Shown here piece after piece: positions 20,505 to 31,070 of a stretch of 64,000 nucleotides of DNA. Each line of letters opens with the position of its first letter. The stretch's first letter is position 1. Location: sequence record MN781580. One strand, 5' to 3'. A program made the position numbers and the translations under genes. This stretch comes from Shigella phage KRT47. The notes beneath the pieces are model-generated. The model was not told where the DNA came from and did not search any database. It worked only from the letters and a program-made list of their open reading frames with translations.

Positions 20505-21964
20505 AGACCAGTTACCTCATGAAAATCACCAAATACATCCTCGAATGTATTAGCTTTAGTTTTATCTTCACGTAAACGAATCGCAATTGGAAGAAATAAT
20601 TTTACGTAATCAGTGCGGCCATCAGATTTTAGCCAACCGTTGCATTCGCACTCTAGAATTTTTCCAATATAATAATTTTGGTTTTCCATAATGCGAGTAC
20701 GGTCAAGTTCATGTGATTTTACACCGGCTTTATCTTTTAAGCCTGAACCAGCATTTACTTTAATTTTTCCACACTCTGATTCAAGAATAAATCCACCTGC
20801 TTTAGTAGGGTCTTTACGGTGAGGATAAATTCCTACAATTTTTAAATCAACATCAATTACTTCTTTAAATTTATAGAGATTTTTTGAACGAGCATTTTCC
20901 CACAATCCATCGGTATTTTTGAGAATAATACCTTCAAGACCTTGGTCAATATACTTTTTATAAATTACCTTAGCTTCATCTAGGTTATTTACTACCTGGT
21001 TTTCAATTAAAATTACTTTATCATATCCTGATGTCATTTGTTCTAGTTTAGAAAAACGTACATCATATTTTAAACGAAACGCCGGAAGACCGTATATTTC
21101 TACCAACGGGACATAATCCCAGACCTGAAACTTCATGCATTTGGCTTCTTTTTCGGAAATGGTTCCTTTTAAGGATTTATTGGCGATTCCATTAGAAGCA
21201 GTACGAGATTCCGCTACTTCGGCGAATTCTTTAGCTTTACTAATTTCAGGATAAGCATCAAAAAGAAAATCTAGGCCTTCTGGTTCCTTTTTAACTTGCT
21301 CATGGTATACCAATTCGCCATCAATTAACACACCTTCTGGATGAATCTGGCGGGCTTCAGCAGTCATTTTGATTAATTCTTCCTTAAGAAGATCTAATCC
21401 TAGATATTCATTACCAGCTCGTGATAAAAGACGAACATCATCTAATTCATCGCCTCGGACTTCAGCAAAACACCGGGCTCCATCTGCTTTTAACTGCGCA
21501 AAGGCTGGAAACTTGATATTCTTACTAATGCCCTTTTCATCATAAGAACTTGCCAGCATTTGAGGTTGTTCAGGAATTAAACCTGGCCAAACTTTGTTTG
21601 CAATAGATACTGAAGCACCGCATTCAAGGTCTCGCATCATCACTCGACGCAAAACTTCAACATCATCCTTTTTACCATCAGTGATATATCCAGTTAATTC
21701 CTCAATTGCAGCATTTCCAGTCAATTTCCGAGTAGCTAACGTGAATTCAATGAAATCAAGCATATCGGTAATGGTCAGCATTCCAAAACTCTGGGTAGCA
21801 ATACCAGGTTTAGGCCATTTCTTGATATAATACTGTAACCCACGAGAATAAGTCAGACGATATACTCGTTTAAGCAATTCATTATCTTTATTCTTTTCAA
21901 GAATTGCTTGCTTCTGCTTAGTTGATCCAATAGATGCTATTTCATTCAGAATTTTAAGAATCAT
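20501..21964 (-). CDS. 30: ATP-dependent DNA ligase gp30
   Basis: 487 aa; adenylation motif KADGARC. Confidence 0.9.
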   Translation of the reverse strand: MILKILNEIASIGSTKQKQAILEKNKDNELLKRVYRLTYSRGLQYYIKKWPKPGIATQSFGMLTITDMLDFIEFTLATRKLTGNAAIEELTGYITDGKKDDVEVLRRVMMRDLECGASVSIANKVWPGLIPEQPQMLASSYDEKGISKNIKFPAFAQLKADGARCFAEVRGDELDDVRLLSRAGNEYLGLDLLKEELIKMTAEARQIHPEGVLIDGELVYHEQVKKEPEGLDFLFDAYPEISKAKEFAEVAESRTASNGIANKSLKGTISEKEAKCMKFQVWDYVPLVEIYGLPAFRLKYDVRFSKLEQMTSGYDKVILIENQVVNNLDEAKVIYKKYIDQGLEGIILKNTDGLWENARSKNLYKFKEVIDVDLKIVGIYPHRKDPTKAGGFILESECGKIKVNAGSGLKDKAGVKSHELDRTRIMENQNYYIGKILECECNGWLKSDGRTDYVKLFLPIAIRLREDKTKANTFEDVFGDFHEVTGL

Positions 21965-22230
21965 TGTTCATCCTTCAGAGTTTGATTTACAGCTCTATTA
22001 TAAATCAATTCATCATTAAGCTCAGTTAAAGACCTATGATATGTAGTTCTAACTTTATTTCCTTGCATCCAGTGCTTGATATAAATGAAACCTTGCTCTA
22101 CACATTTTTTAAAAATTCGTTCGTCTTTTTGAGCTCGGAATTCTGGATTGCATCTAAAGAATTGATTTACGTGACCGTAATCACGCGTAGTATTACCTTC
22201 ATTTTCATAAATAGTGTGAACGACAAACAT
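21961..22230 (-). CDS. Hypothetical protein (30.1 position)
   Basis: 89 aa ORF, translationally coupled. Confidence 0.5.
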   Translation of the reverse strand: MFVVHTIYENEGNTTRDYGHVNQFFRCNPEFRAQKDERIFKKCVEQGFIYIKHWMQGNKVRTTYHRSLTELNDELIYNRAVNQTLKDEQ

Positions 22231-23069
22231 TAGAATGCTCCTTGGAAAATATTATCACCACAAGTAGGTCTATTATACAAATACTCTATGCCACCAGGTT
22301 TAATATAGTTCCATGTCTGAAACGGATGTGTCTGATATGGATGATATAGATGATTATAAGGATTAAATCCAGGCGTTCTCCAGGTAGTGTTCCAACGAAA
22401 AGAATCGTTTTTAACCATCTTCTCAATTAAATCTTTTATAGCTTTTTCACTATCAAAACTTTCTTTATTTTCCTTTGGTGAAAAAAGCTTATTTTCTACA
22501 TCATTCCATGTATAAACCCGCTGAGCAGTTTTTGGAATATTGTCACGCTCTCCTCGAGCCATCCAATAAACAGGAACATTTAATATTTCACTCGCATGAT
22601 CGCAGTGGTGAGCAAGATCGTCAATATAACAAATTACGTTATATTTCTCTTTTGCCTTTTTGAATAACTCTTCTTTTGAAGAATCATGACCACACATCAT
22701 TACTTCTGAGAAGGCACCAGGAAAAAGAGCATTCAAATTAAATTGACGATTCAACAGAGCGTCAATAGAATCACCCAATGCTGTAACAGCTACAAAATTA
22801 TAATCTTCTTTTAATTTGTTAATTACACACAGGGCATCTTTATATGGAGACAAGTAACGAATAAAATCTGATCGATTGTATTTTTCAATTAGCTTGACAC
22901 CGAGTTCTTCATCACAATTAAAGAGTTTACCTGGAGAAATAAATTTCTCATCTTGGATCATTTTTAAAATATGTTCTAACGGAAGATTATATTTCTGAGC
23001 AAAATAAGGAAGACCTGATTGCCAGCTTAAACATACTCCATCAATATCAGTTAAAATAGTAGGCTTCAT
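22230..23069 (-). CDS. HAD-superfamily hydrolase-like protein (30.2 position)
   Basis: 279 aa; N-terminal DxDGV motif (ILTDIDGVCL) and later YIDDLAHH typical of HAD phosphatases. Confidence 0.55.
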   Translation of the reverse strand: MKPTILTDIDGVCLSWQSGLPYFAQKYNLPLEHILKMIQDEKFISPGKLFNCDEELGVKLIEKYNRSDFIRYLSPYKDALCVINKLKEDYNFVAVTALGDSIDALLNRQFNLNALFPGAFSEVMMCGHDSSKEELFKKAKEKYNVICYIDDLAHHCDHASEILNVPVYWMARGERDNIPKTAQRVYTWNDVENKLFSPKENKESFDSEKAIKDLIEKMVKNDSFRWNTTWRTPGFNPYNHLYHPYQTHPFQTWNYIKPGGIEYLYNRPTCGDNIFQGAF

Positions 23070-23530
23070 AGAGAGTCTCTTAATAGGTTTAACACATCAA
23101 TAAATTCAGCTTCGGTTAGTATTGTATCATCTTTTGTTAGACCACTAGCCATGCTGTGCTTCAAAACTTTTCCTTTCGAGGCTTGTAATGCATCGCGAAA
23201 GCCCTTGTTTTGGAACGCTGCTTCAAAATATGCATTTGTGTATAATTCTTTCCACGCTGGAGAGTATCTTGAAAACGGAACTCCAAGCCAGAAGAGGGTC
23301 CCACGGTCCTGAGCTCTAGCATAAGACCTTCCAGCTTGTTGGGCGGCAATCCCGGATAACCCAAATATACGTCTTTGCTGTTCAACATTTTTCACCTTAC
23401 ATCCTTGGAGGAATCCTTCGAGACCTCCAAATTGAATGCCATCCATAACGAAAGGCCATTGGGCGAAATTACTTAATGCACATGATGGCCATTTAAAATT
23501 GCTTCTTATCTCTAGTTCAGACATTTTCAA
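23066..23530 (-). CDS. NADAR / YbiA-like (DUF1768) domain protein (30.3 position)
   Basis: 154 aa; segment LSNFAQWPFVMDGIQFGGLEGFLQGCKV resembles YbiA FSNFAAWPIKVDGKTWPTSEHYFQAQKF. Confidence 0.55.
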   Translation of the reverse strand: MKMSELEIRSNFKWPSCALSNFAQWPFVMDGIQFGGLEGFLQGCKVKNVEQQRRIFGLSGIAAQQAGRSYARAQDRGTLFWLGVPFSRYSPAWKELYTNAYFEAAFQNKGFRDALQASKGKVLKHSMASGLTKDDTILTEAEFIDVLNLLRDSL

Positions 23531-23723
23531 TACTTATAATTTCAACATCAGCCCAATGACCATAGCAAGGAAGACGAAATTCAACTGGCCAGTTAGGGTC
23601 CTTTTCTAATATAATAGACTTAACTTGTGGTTCTTCATGTTCATCGGTATACGGACCTTTATACGTTACTTTATATGTGACTTTAATGTATTGAATTCCA
23701 AAAATCTTATTAATTATATTCAT
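23517..23723 (-). CDS. Hypothetical protein
   Basis: 68 aa ORF in operon-like packing. Confidence 0.4.
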   Translation of the reverse strand: MNIINKIFGIQYIKVTYKVTYKGPYTDEHEEPQVKSIILEKDPNWPVEFRLPCYGHWADVEIISIENV

Positions 23724-23917
23724 ACTAATTCCTTTAATCCGTAAATAGGAGATAATTCATCGCCCATACGAAGGTCTTCATTTCCATCTACCCAGGAAAC
23801 AATATAAGCCTCTTTTATTTGAATACCACTCCATTTAAATGGAGGTAGAACCTTAGAAATTAATCCAGGTATACCAACTCCCTTTAATTCAACAGTTTGA
23901 CCTAAAAAGAATTTCAT
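23720..23917 (-). CDS. Hypothetical protein
   Basis: 65 aa ORF, overlapping stop/start. Confidence 0.4.
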   Translation of the reverse strand: MKFFLGQTVELKGVGIPGLISKVLPPFKWSGIQIKEAYIVSWVDGNEDLRMGDELSPIYGLKELV

Positions 23918-24204
23918 TAGAACCTCATCTGAAAACCGTGCGATTTAACATTACCGCCGCCAATATCAGAAATATTAATTTCGCGCGCAATTGAAGGATC
24001 AATGTCAATTTCACGATTGAGTTTAGTGATAGCTAAAGTATCGCGCCCATTTACAGTACGGAACTCTAAAGGACATACTACATTAACGTAGTTTTTAATC
24101 GATTCACTGGTAGGTTGCAAATGAACAGGAAGGTCTTTAGGCGCCTTAGAGAAAACCACTTCACAGAAATTTTTGCGGGTATCAAAATAAGTAGTCATAA
24201 ACAT
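23917..24204 (-). CDS. Hypothetical protein
   Basis: 95 aa ORF. Confidence 0.45.
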   Translation of the reverse strand: MFMTTYFDTRKNFCEVVFSKAPKDLPVHLQPTSESIKNYVNVVCPLEFRTVNGRDTLAITKLNREIDIDPSIAREINISDIGGGNVKSHGFQMRF

Positions 24205-24245
24205 AGTATTTTCCTCAGTAAGGGGCCGAAGCCCCTCATTTTATT

Positions 24246-24623
24246 TTAAATATCAAATTCGTTAAGAACTACATCAAAGATTGCTTCAAGATGCTCAGGT
24301 TTAGCTCTATTACTCAGAATATGACGAATCCAAGTTTTAACCAGAAGCTTGCGATTAACGCCATTCCAGCAAGGATGAGTCCCTAAATCGCGTTGACGAA
24401 AATCATCATCCAGAGCGATTTTAAAAGAAGAACCTTCCATTGTGATTGAAACCGTGATGCCATTTTCAAATCGCATATAAACGTAGTTAGGAGTCATATA
24501 CTGTTCAATTTCGCATACTGATCCATTTTGATGTTTCCAGAGGCAAATAGTATCAATAGAACCTGCAATACCATTAGAAACATATTTACGTTCAAAGTTA
24601 ATGTAGTTCATTTTATTCTCCAA
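24246..24623 (-). CDS. Hypothetical protein
   Basis: 125 aa ORF with early-type promoter upstream. Confidence 0.5.
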   Translation of the reverse strand: MENKMNYINFERKYVSNGIAGSIDTICLWKHQNGSVCEIEQYMTPNYVYMRFENGITVSITMEGSSFKIALDDDFRQRDLGTHPCWNGVNRKLLVKTWIRHILSNRAKPEHLEAIFDVVLNEFDI

Positions 24624-24647
24624 GATGTTTAATTGCGGTACAGGTAT

Positions 24648-24676
24648 ATAATATCATATCCTGTACCAAAGTAAAC
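24648..24676 (-). promoter_or_regulatory. T4-type early promoter
   Basis: Minus strand GTTTAC, 17 nt, TGaTATTAT; -10 lies in loop of 8-bp inverted repeat GGTACAGG/CCTGTACC (24637-24667). Confidence 0.45.
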
Positions 24677-24678
24677 AA

Positions 24679-25011
24679 TTATTTTACTACTTTCCAATGC
24701 TGCATGTCAAGTTTACCAACTTTTTTCATCTTCTCAATTAAGCGTTCGGCACGTTGGCGAGCTGTAACATAATACCATTCACCTAATTCATTTTGTTCAA
24801 TTTTTCCAACGATTACTGTATTCAATTCATAAATCCAACCAGTAAAGAAATTATGAACTTGAATTGTAAAGGTGAAATCTGTTCCCATACCTTCTGTTGT
24901 TTCTACTTCAATAATATCACCTTCAACTGCCATTAAGAACCACATAGTTTCATCATATTTACCGTTGAAGCATTTAGTTTTAACTGCAGCGTTCAGATTA
25001 ATCGTTTTCAT
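24679..25011 (-). CDS. Hypothetical protein
   Basis: 110 aa ORF with early-type promoter upstream. Confidence 0.5.
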   Translation of the reverse strand: MKTINLNAAVKTKCFNGKYDETMWFLMAVEGDIIEVETTEGMGTDFTFTIQVHNFFTGWIYELNTVIVGKIEQNELGEWYYVTARQRAERLIEKMKKVGKLDMQHWKVVK

Positions 25012-25038
25012 TTTATTCTCCTTTGTTTGTGTAAGATA

Positions 25039-25068
25039 ATACTATCACAAAGGAACCATACTGTAAAC
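25039..25068 (-). promoter_or_regulatory. T4-type early promoter
   Basis: Minus strand GTTTAC, 18 nt, TGaTAGTAT; flanked by 6-bp inverted repeat TTTGTG/CACAAA. Confidence 0.45.
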
Positions 25069-25084
25069 AACTTTGTGCAATCTT

Positions 25085-25116
25085 TGGAAAATAAAAAAGG
25101 ACTCCCGAAGGAGTCC
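25085..25116 (-). terminator. Intrinsic terminator
   Basis: Hairpin AGGACTCCCGAAGGAGTCCT followed by U-run on minus strand. Confidence 0.55.
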
Positions 25117-25121
25117 TCAAC

Positions 25122-25298
25122 TTATGCTTTCTGCTTACCAAAACGAGAAGCATCATCTCGAAGAACCGCACGTGCTCGGCGCATGATCTTCTCAACAGTT
25201 TGATTGATACGAGAGTTCGACCCACGCTTGTAACCAGCGCGTTTAGAATCACCAACTTTCTTTTCAACTGCTTTCTTTGCTTTAGCTTGTTTTGCCAT
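25122..25298 (-). CDS. Small basic protein
   Basis: Likely start MAKQAKAKKAVEKK inside ORF-track 25122-25340; lysine/arginine rich. Confidence 0.4.
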   Translation of the reverse strand: MAKQAKAKKAVEKKVGDSKRAGYKRGSNSRINQTVEKIMRRARAVLRDDASRFGKQKA

Positions 25299-25586
25299 TA
25301 TAAATTCTCTTTTAAATGAAAATGCAGGACTTATTGGCATTGCCTGCGCAAGCCCTCAAGGGGTACTTAGGTTTTGAATATTTACCGACAGGATAACCAT
25401 AAACCTCGTCATCATACCACCAAGACTTACACAGATAACACTTTTCTGACGCATGATAGTAACATTCAAGAGGTACACCGTAAAACTGCCGGGGTCTTAA
25501 AACTATAATGATTCGCAAATCATTAATCAGACAGTTCGATGGCTCCTCGATTTTAGCTCACACTAAGGCAGTGAATCTCCAATAAA

Positions 25587-25835
25587 TTACTTCAGTGTTA
25601 CCACAAAGTGACGAACTGCTTTTCGTGCAGCAGAAGCCAGAGGCTTAGCATATTTAAGTTCATCTTTTTCCTGAAGCTCAGCAGCTAATGCAGTTTGAGC
25701 AGGATTCAGATGTTTGAAATAACGCAGGATTTCAAGAGCTTCGGCTTCAACATCAATAGATGCGCCATAGTTTTCGTGACCATTATTCCATGCGTTTCGT
25801 TGCAGTTCAAGAGCGTGTTGTAATTGTTTAATCAT
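25587..25835 (-). CDS. rIII: rIII lysis inhibition accessory protein
   Basis: 82 aa ORF at T4 rIII position immediately downstream of gene 31. Confidence 0.6.
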   Translation of the reverse strand: MIKQLQHALELQRNAWNNGHENYGASIDVEAEALEILRYFKHLNPAQTALAAELQEKDELKYAKPLASAARKAVRHFVVTLK

Positions 25836-25982
25836 TTAAAAATTCTCGTTAGAGATTAAAACTCGGTAGTCACGTTCTTCTGAATTTCATCTTCTTTCGA
25901 CAGATCTCTCAGTTGTAGACTACCACATAGAATTGTTCGGTTAACTTATTATTCCGACACCCAATTCATATTATTATTTATA

Positions 25983-26318
25983 TCACTTATAAAGACACGG
26001 AATAGCTTTATAGTGACAAGTAACGAATTTTTGTTTAATTTCTTTTGGCTGCTTAAGACCCAGAGCTACAAAAGGATGCGGAACGTTTCGAATTTGACCA
26101 ACTGGAAGAGAAGTCAAATCACCAACTTCGCAGAAACCTTCAGGAACATCAGGACCAACAGAGTGAACTACACACAGTTCAGGAACTTCACCTTGAACAC
26201 GTTTACCGATAATAAGTCCTGATTCTGTAACTTCTTCATCACCGGCTTGTGCAGGTTCAGAAACTAAAATAACATATTCACCGACAGCACGAATTGGTAG
26301 CTGTTGTACTTCAGACAT
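25983..26318 (-). CDS. 31: Co-chaperonin gp31 (GroES analogue)
   Basis: 111 aa; T4 gp31-like sequence [30 protein letters not shown]. Confidence 0.85.
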
Positions 26319-26374
26319 CGTTTTTCCTTTTTGTTAGCAGATGAATTAATAATAACAAATAATTCTTAAAGCAT

Positions 26375-26683
26375 TTATTTACCAATAAATTGAAGCAAAT
26401 GCTCAACTTTCATACCATTAACAGAAATCAATTTGTCAATAGAAAAACCTCGCCATGCACCAAGCTCAACATCAAATACTGGAATCATATCAGTAGATTC
26501 TTTCCGAGCAGATTCAGTCAATTTACCAGTTTGCATGGTTGGCATAAAGTCCGCATCACGAGTGCCTTTCATAGTACGAATAGTACCATCAGACTTTTCA
26601 AAAACCACGTTTGAAATACCCATGGACAATTTAGTTTTCAAAATTTCACGAATTGCTACTTTCTGTTCAGTTGTCAGTTTCAT
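26375..26683 (-). CDS. Hypothetical protein (31.1 position)
   Basis: 102 aa ORF. Confidence 0.5.
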   Translation of the reverse strand: MKLTTEQKVAIREILKTKLSMGISNVVFEKSDGTIRTMKGTRDADFMPTMQTGKLTESARKESTDMIPVFDVELGAWRGFSIDKLISVNGMKVEHLLQFIGK

Positions 26684-26920
26684 TTATTTACCTATTACAG
26701 TTTTAATATGGGTTGTTCCACGCTCTTTAAGAGTGGAAAGCAATTTTTGGCATTTTTCTAAATCAGATTTCCAACTATACGGTCTATCAATACTAGTCCA
26801 ATCAGTTTTATAATACTGTTTCCATTTAGAGAAAAAATATTTCTTATACTCTACAGCAAATGAGATGTTCTCGTTAGAATAAGAACTAATTGCTGTGAGC
26901 TTTACCAAACGAAATTTCAT
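26684..26920 (-). CDS. Hypothetical protein (31.2 position)
   Basis: 78 aa ORF. Confidence 0.45.
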   Translation of the reverse strand: MKFRLVKLTAISSYSNENISFAVEYKKYFFSKWKQYYKTDWTSIDRPYSWKSDLEKCQKLLSTLKERGTTHIKTVIGK

Positions 26921-27501
26921 TATTCACCACAGAATTCGTTGATATTTTCCCAGTTTAACTTATTCAAGTTTTTCTTAGGAACATTAAACACTTCAATACC
27001 TGCATTTCGCAGAATATCATCCCAGCCAGGTTTATTTTTATCGTATGTTTCGCAATAAACCAGCTTTTTAATACCAGATTGAGCTATCGCTTTTGCACAA
27101 TCTGGACAAGGAGAAAGTGTTACATACATAGTAGCACCTTCAATAGAAGAACCATTTCGTGCAGCAAACAAAATTGCATTTAGTTCAGCATGAATTTCAT
27201 TTTTAGACGACCATTCAGAGTGAGCGCTACGGTGTTCTTTCGCCAAGACAAAGCGATCAGTTGAACCAAATGATACGCATTCAGGCTTATGGCCTTGGAT
27301 GATAGTATGTTTAGGTTTATTCAGCAACCAACCTTGCTCAGCGGCATAATCACAACAGTTCACACCTCCTGCGGGTGAACCATTATACCCAGTAGAAATA
27401 ATACGTCCATTCTTTTCAATTACTGCTCCTACCTTCCAGGAGCAACATTTTGATTCTTGTGATACTAAATATGCAATTTGAAGTACTGTACTCGCTTTCA
27501 T
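26920..27501 (-). CDS. cd: dCMP deaminase
   Basis: 193 aa; zinc-binding deaminase motifs HAELNAI and PCPDC. Confidence 0.9.
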   Translation of the reverse strand: MKASTVLQIAYLVSQESKCCSWKVGAVIEKNGRIISTGYNGSPAGGVNCCDYAAEQGWLLNKPKHTIIQGHKPECVSFGSTDRFVLAKEHRSAHSEWSSKNEIHAELNAILFAARNGSSIEGATMYVTLSPCPDCAKAIAQSGIKKLVYCETYDKNKPGWDDILRNAGIEVFNVPKKNLNKLNWENINEFCGE

Positions 27502-27836
27502 TTCATAATCACCAGATAAGCAGATTTAGCAGTTTCAACACGATAAATTTCATGACGAAGTTTAGTTATACTTTTAATAACAGAACTAATTATATTCTGT
27601 CCGTCTTTAAAGCGGTTTTTCTTATCAATAAAAATTGCGCCAACCATCTTTTTGTGAAGCTCAACTGGATACTTCGTCACAATAATAGCATCATATACAG
27701 AAGGATGAATACTATTTACTAGAGTGTCATTCATTAAAGTTATTCTAATGAACTGTGCTGTTTCAGAGTCAAGCGCTCTATGATCGCCAGTATCATTTTC
27801 AAGACAATTATTAATTATATCAGTTAAATTCATCAT
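27498..27836 (-). CDS. Hypothetical protein (cd.1 position)
   Basis: 112 aa ORF. Confidence 0.45.
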   Translation of the reverse strand: MMNLTDIINNCLENDTGDHRALDSETAQFIRITLMNDTLVNSIHPSVYDAIIVTKYPVELHKKMVGAIFIDKKNRFKDGQNIISSVIKSITKLRHEIYRVETAKSAYLVIMK

Positions 27837-28069
27837 AGTACGCCATACACCCTTTGTGCTTCAACTAATCCATCAAAATCCAATTTAAGATGTGTTATTT
27901 GATCACCATCACCTGGATTCACAATTACTAATACTGAACGAGGAGTTTCGGTAATAACACGAACCGATGTTTCAGGAAATCGTTCAGAAACCTTATTTAC
28001 CAATTCCTGTGCAAATAGCTTAACTTTTTCTTGGAATTCTTTAACAGTAATCGGTTTTTCACTTAGCAT
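27833..28069 (-). CDS. Hypothetical protein
   Basis: 78 aa ORF. Confidence 0.45.
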   Translation of the reverse strand: MLSEKPITVKEFQEKVKLFAQELVNKVSERFPETSVRVITETPRSVLVIVNPGDGDQITHLKLDFDGLVEAQRVYGVL

Positions 28070-28605
28070 GTTGATCCCAGCTCCTTACTTTCAACGTTTT
28101 TAACTAATTTGATAGAAACTAATTCAGCATCTTGAGTAATCATTACCGGGCCTTCTTCATACTCTTCAAGATATTCTAGAGCTTTCTTTTTAGCTTCTTC
28201 CTTCGTATCAGTTTGAGCATAGATATAAAACATACAACCAGTAATACCTACTACTTTCCATTTAATTTCTTTATCAGTTTTAATTTCAAATTTACTGACA
28301 GAATCATCTTTTTGAACTTCTTCGAAAAAAGAATATTCTAACATATAAGCAATTGAAAATAACGGGCTAACTTTATAGGATTCGCCCATTACATCAACAG
28401 CTTTATACCAGCAGTCATCAATTTCGCGTTTAATGCTAATAACATTTTTCGCAGGATCTATTTTTACTTTAAATGAATTTTCCCCAATAAACTGAGCAAT
28501 TCGTTTATTAGCCCCGCAAGTTTCATTAAAAATATCTTTATATCCAGCTTTAAAGCGATAAACCTTATCTTCTTCAAACCATTCGCTCATTTTCAATTTC
28601 CTCAT
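28063..28605 (-). CDS. Hypothetical protein
   Basis: 180 aa ORF with early-type promoter upstream. Confidence 0.5.
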   Translation of the reverse strand: MRKLKMSEWFEEDKVYRFKAGYKDIFNETCGANKRIAQFIGENSFKVKIDPAKNVISIKREIDDCWYKAVDVMGESYKVSPLFSIAYMLEYSFFEEVQKDDSVSKFEIKTDKEIKWKVVGITGCMFYIYAQTDTKEEAKKKALEYLEEYEEGPVMITQDAELVSIKLVKNVESKELGSTC

Positions 28606-28620
28606 TTGTTTGGTAGAGCC

Positions 28621-28650
28621 ATAATATCACAACTCTACCGTAAAGTAAAC
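28621..28650 (-). promoter_or_regulatory. T4-type early promoter
   Basis: Minus strand GTTTAC, 18 nt, TGaTATTAT; -10 sits between 7-bp inverted repeat GGTAGAG/CTCTACC (28612-28639). Confidence 0.45.
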
Positions 28651-28652
28651 TA

Positions 28653-28928
28653 TTAAATCGCTTTGAATTCCGCAGTTTGAGATTCAAAGCGAATGTCGCC
28701 TTTGATAACTAACTCAGCATCAAGACCGAATACGACAATGATATGCGCGGAACCTGGATACAGCGTAATGGCAACAGAATCCACCTGGTCTGGAAGCAAA
28801 GTGTTTAATACATGAGTCACTTGAGCATGGATTCGAAGTTCGGCTGCGTTATCAAGCTTTTCAAACATATTATTAGCGATAATTTGACTAAACACTACTT
28901 CTACGATTTTAGAATAAGTCGGAAACAT
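28653..28928 (-). CDS. Hypothetical protein
   Basis: 91 aa ORF. Confidence 0.45.
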   Translation of the reverse strand: MFPTYSKIVEVVFSQIIANNMFEKLDNAAELRIHAQVTHVLNTLLPDQVDSVAITLYPGSAHIIVVFGLDAELVIKGDIRFESQTAEFKAI

Positions 28929-28930
28929 AT

Positions 28931-29131
28931 TTACCTCACATAATTTTCTTCAAGCCAATCAATAACATCCAAAGCGTTATCAAAAGTTGAACCATCTACT
29001 TTGTCTTCTGTTTCATAATCAAGAACATCTAAGCCTACTCTTCCGTCAACAATAGGCCATAAACAAAATAGATATTTCTTTTCTTTTTCAATTTTATCAC
29101 AAAGACGATAAATCTTTTCTATGTTATTCAT
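28931..29131 (-). CDS. Hypothetical protein
   Basis: 66 aa ORF. Confidence 0.4.
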   Translation of the reverse strand: MNNIEKIYRLCDKIEKEKKYLFCLWPIVDGRVGLDVLDYETEDKVDGSTFDNALDVIDWLEENYVR

Positions 29132-29320
29132 AAGTTTTCCATGGTAAAGGCAGTTTAGTTTTCTTTACTGTTAGTTCAACATCAGGATTCTTTTCTCTCA
29201 ATTTAAGACATTCCTCCCAAGCTCTGATTTCACTAGTGAATACACAAAATTGCCCATTACTAGTACCGACTAAACCACTATTTACAATAATAATAGCCCA
29301 AGTTTCATGATGCCACGCCA

Positions 29321-29321
<1 letters not shown>
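29124..29321 (-). CDS. Hypothetical protein
   Basis: 65 aa ORF. Confidence 0.4.
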
Positions 29322-30546
<1,225 letters not shown>

Positions 30547-30549
30547 TTA

Positions 30550-30780
30550 TTATTTCTCAACCAATGATTGAATATAATCATGCAGGTCTTTAGATGCTTT
30601 ACCCCACTTATTTTGGTATTCATTTTTAAGATTAGCCCGAGATTGAGCTAATAAAACATCATTAGTTGGAGGTAAAGATTCTAACCGTTGAATCTGGCGT
30701 CCATAAATCATTGCAGCCATCTCGGATTCATAAATCAATCCTTTGAGATGTTCAAATTGATGCCATGAAATCATTTGCAT
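30550..30780 (-). CDS. Hypothetical protein
   Basis: 76 aa ORF. Confidence 0.4.
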   Translation of the reverse strand: MQMISWHQFEHLKGLIYESEMAAMIYGRQIQRLESLPPTNDVLLAQSRANLKNEYQNKWGKASKDLHDYIQSLVEK

Positions 30781-31070
30781 TTATCCTCTTTTAACTCTTG
30801 GCGATAATAACATATCATAGTTTTCTGATCATGTATATATCGTTTTACATCATTAAGCCAAATACGAAATTCCTGAGAATCTTCAAATGGCATACCGACC
30901 CAAGCTTTACCATCAATAACTTTAACTTGCCAGGATAGTTTAGCTTCATCATATGACTTTATTTGTACTGGCCAATTAGGATGAACTGTTTCTTTCTTTA
31001 CTTCTAGAGGCTTTGTCGAACAACCAACTAGAAGACCAATAGATAATATTACTGCTGATAGTTTAATCAT
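30771..31070 (-). CDS. pseT.2: Outer-membrane spanin (o-spanin lipoprotein)
   Basis: 99 aa; signal peptide with lipobox LLVGC; immediately downstream of and overlapping i-spanin candidate. Confidence 0.65.
   Translation of the reverse strand: MIKLSAVILSIGLLVGCSTKPLEVKKETVHPNWPVQIKSYDEAKLSWQVKVIDGKAWVGMPFEDSQEFRIWLNDVKRYIHDQKTMICYYRQELKEDKCK

Noticed and set aside
25312-25518. 68-aa Cys-rich ORF in the 30.9-rIII intergenic region
   Set aside because: No RBS seen, atypical composition, and the region may be non-coding leader or regulatory sequence; left unannotated
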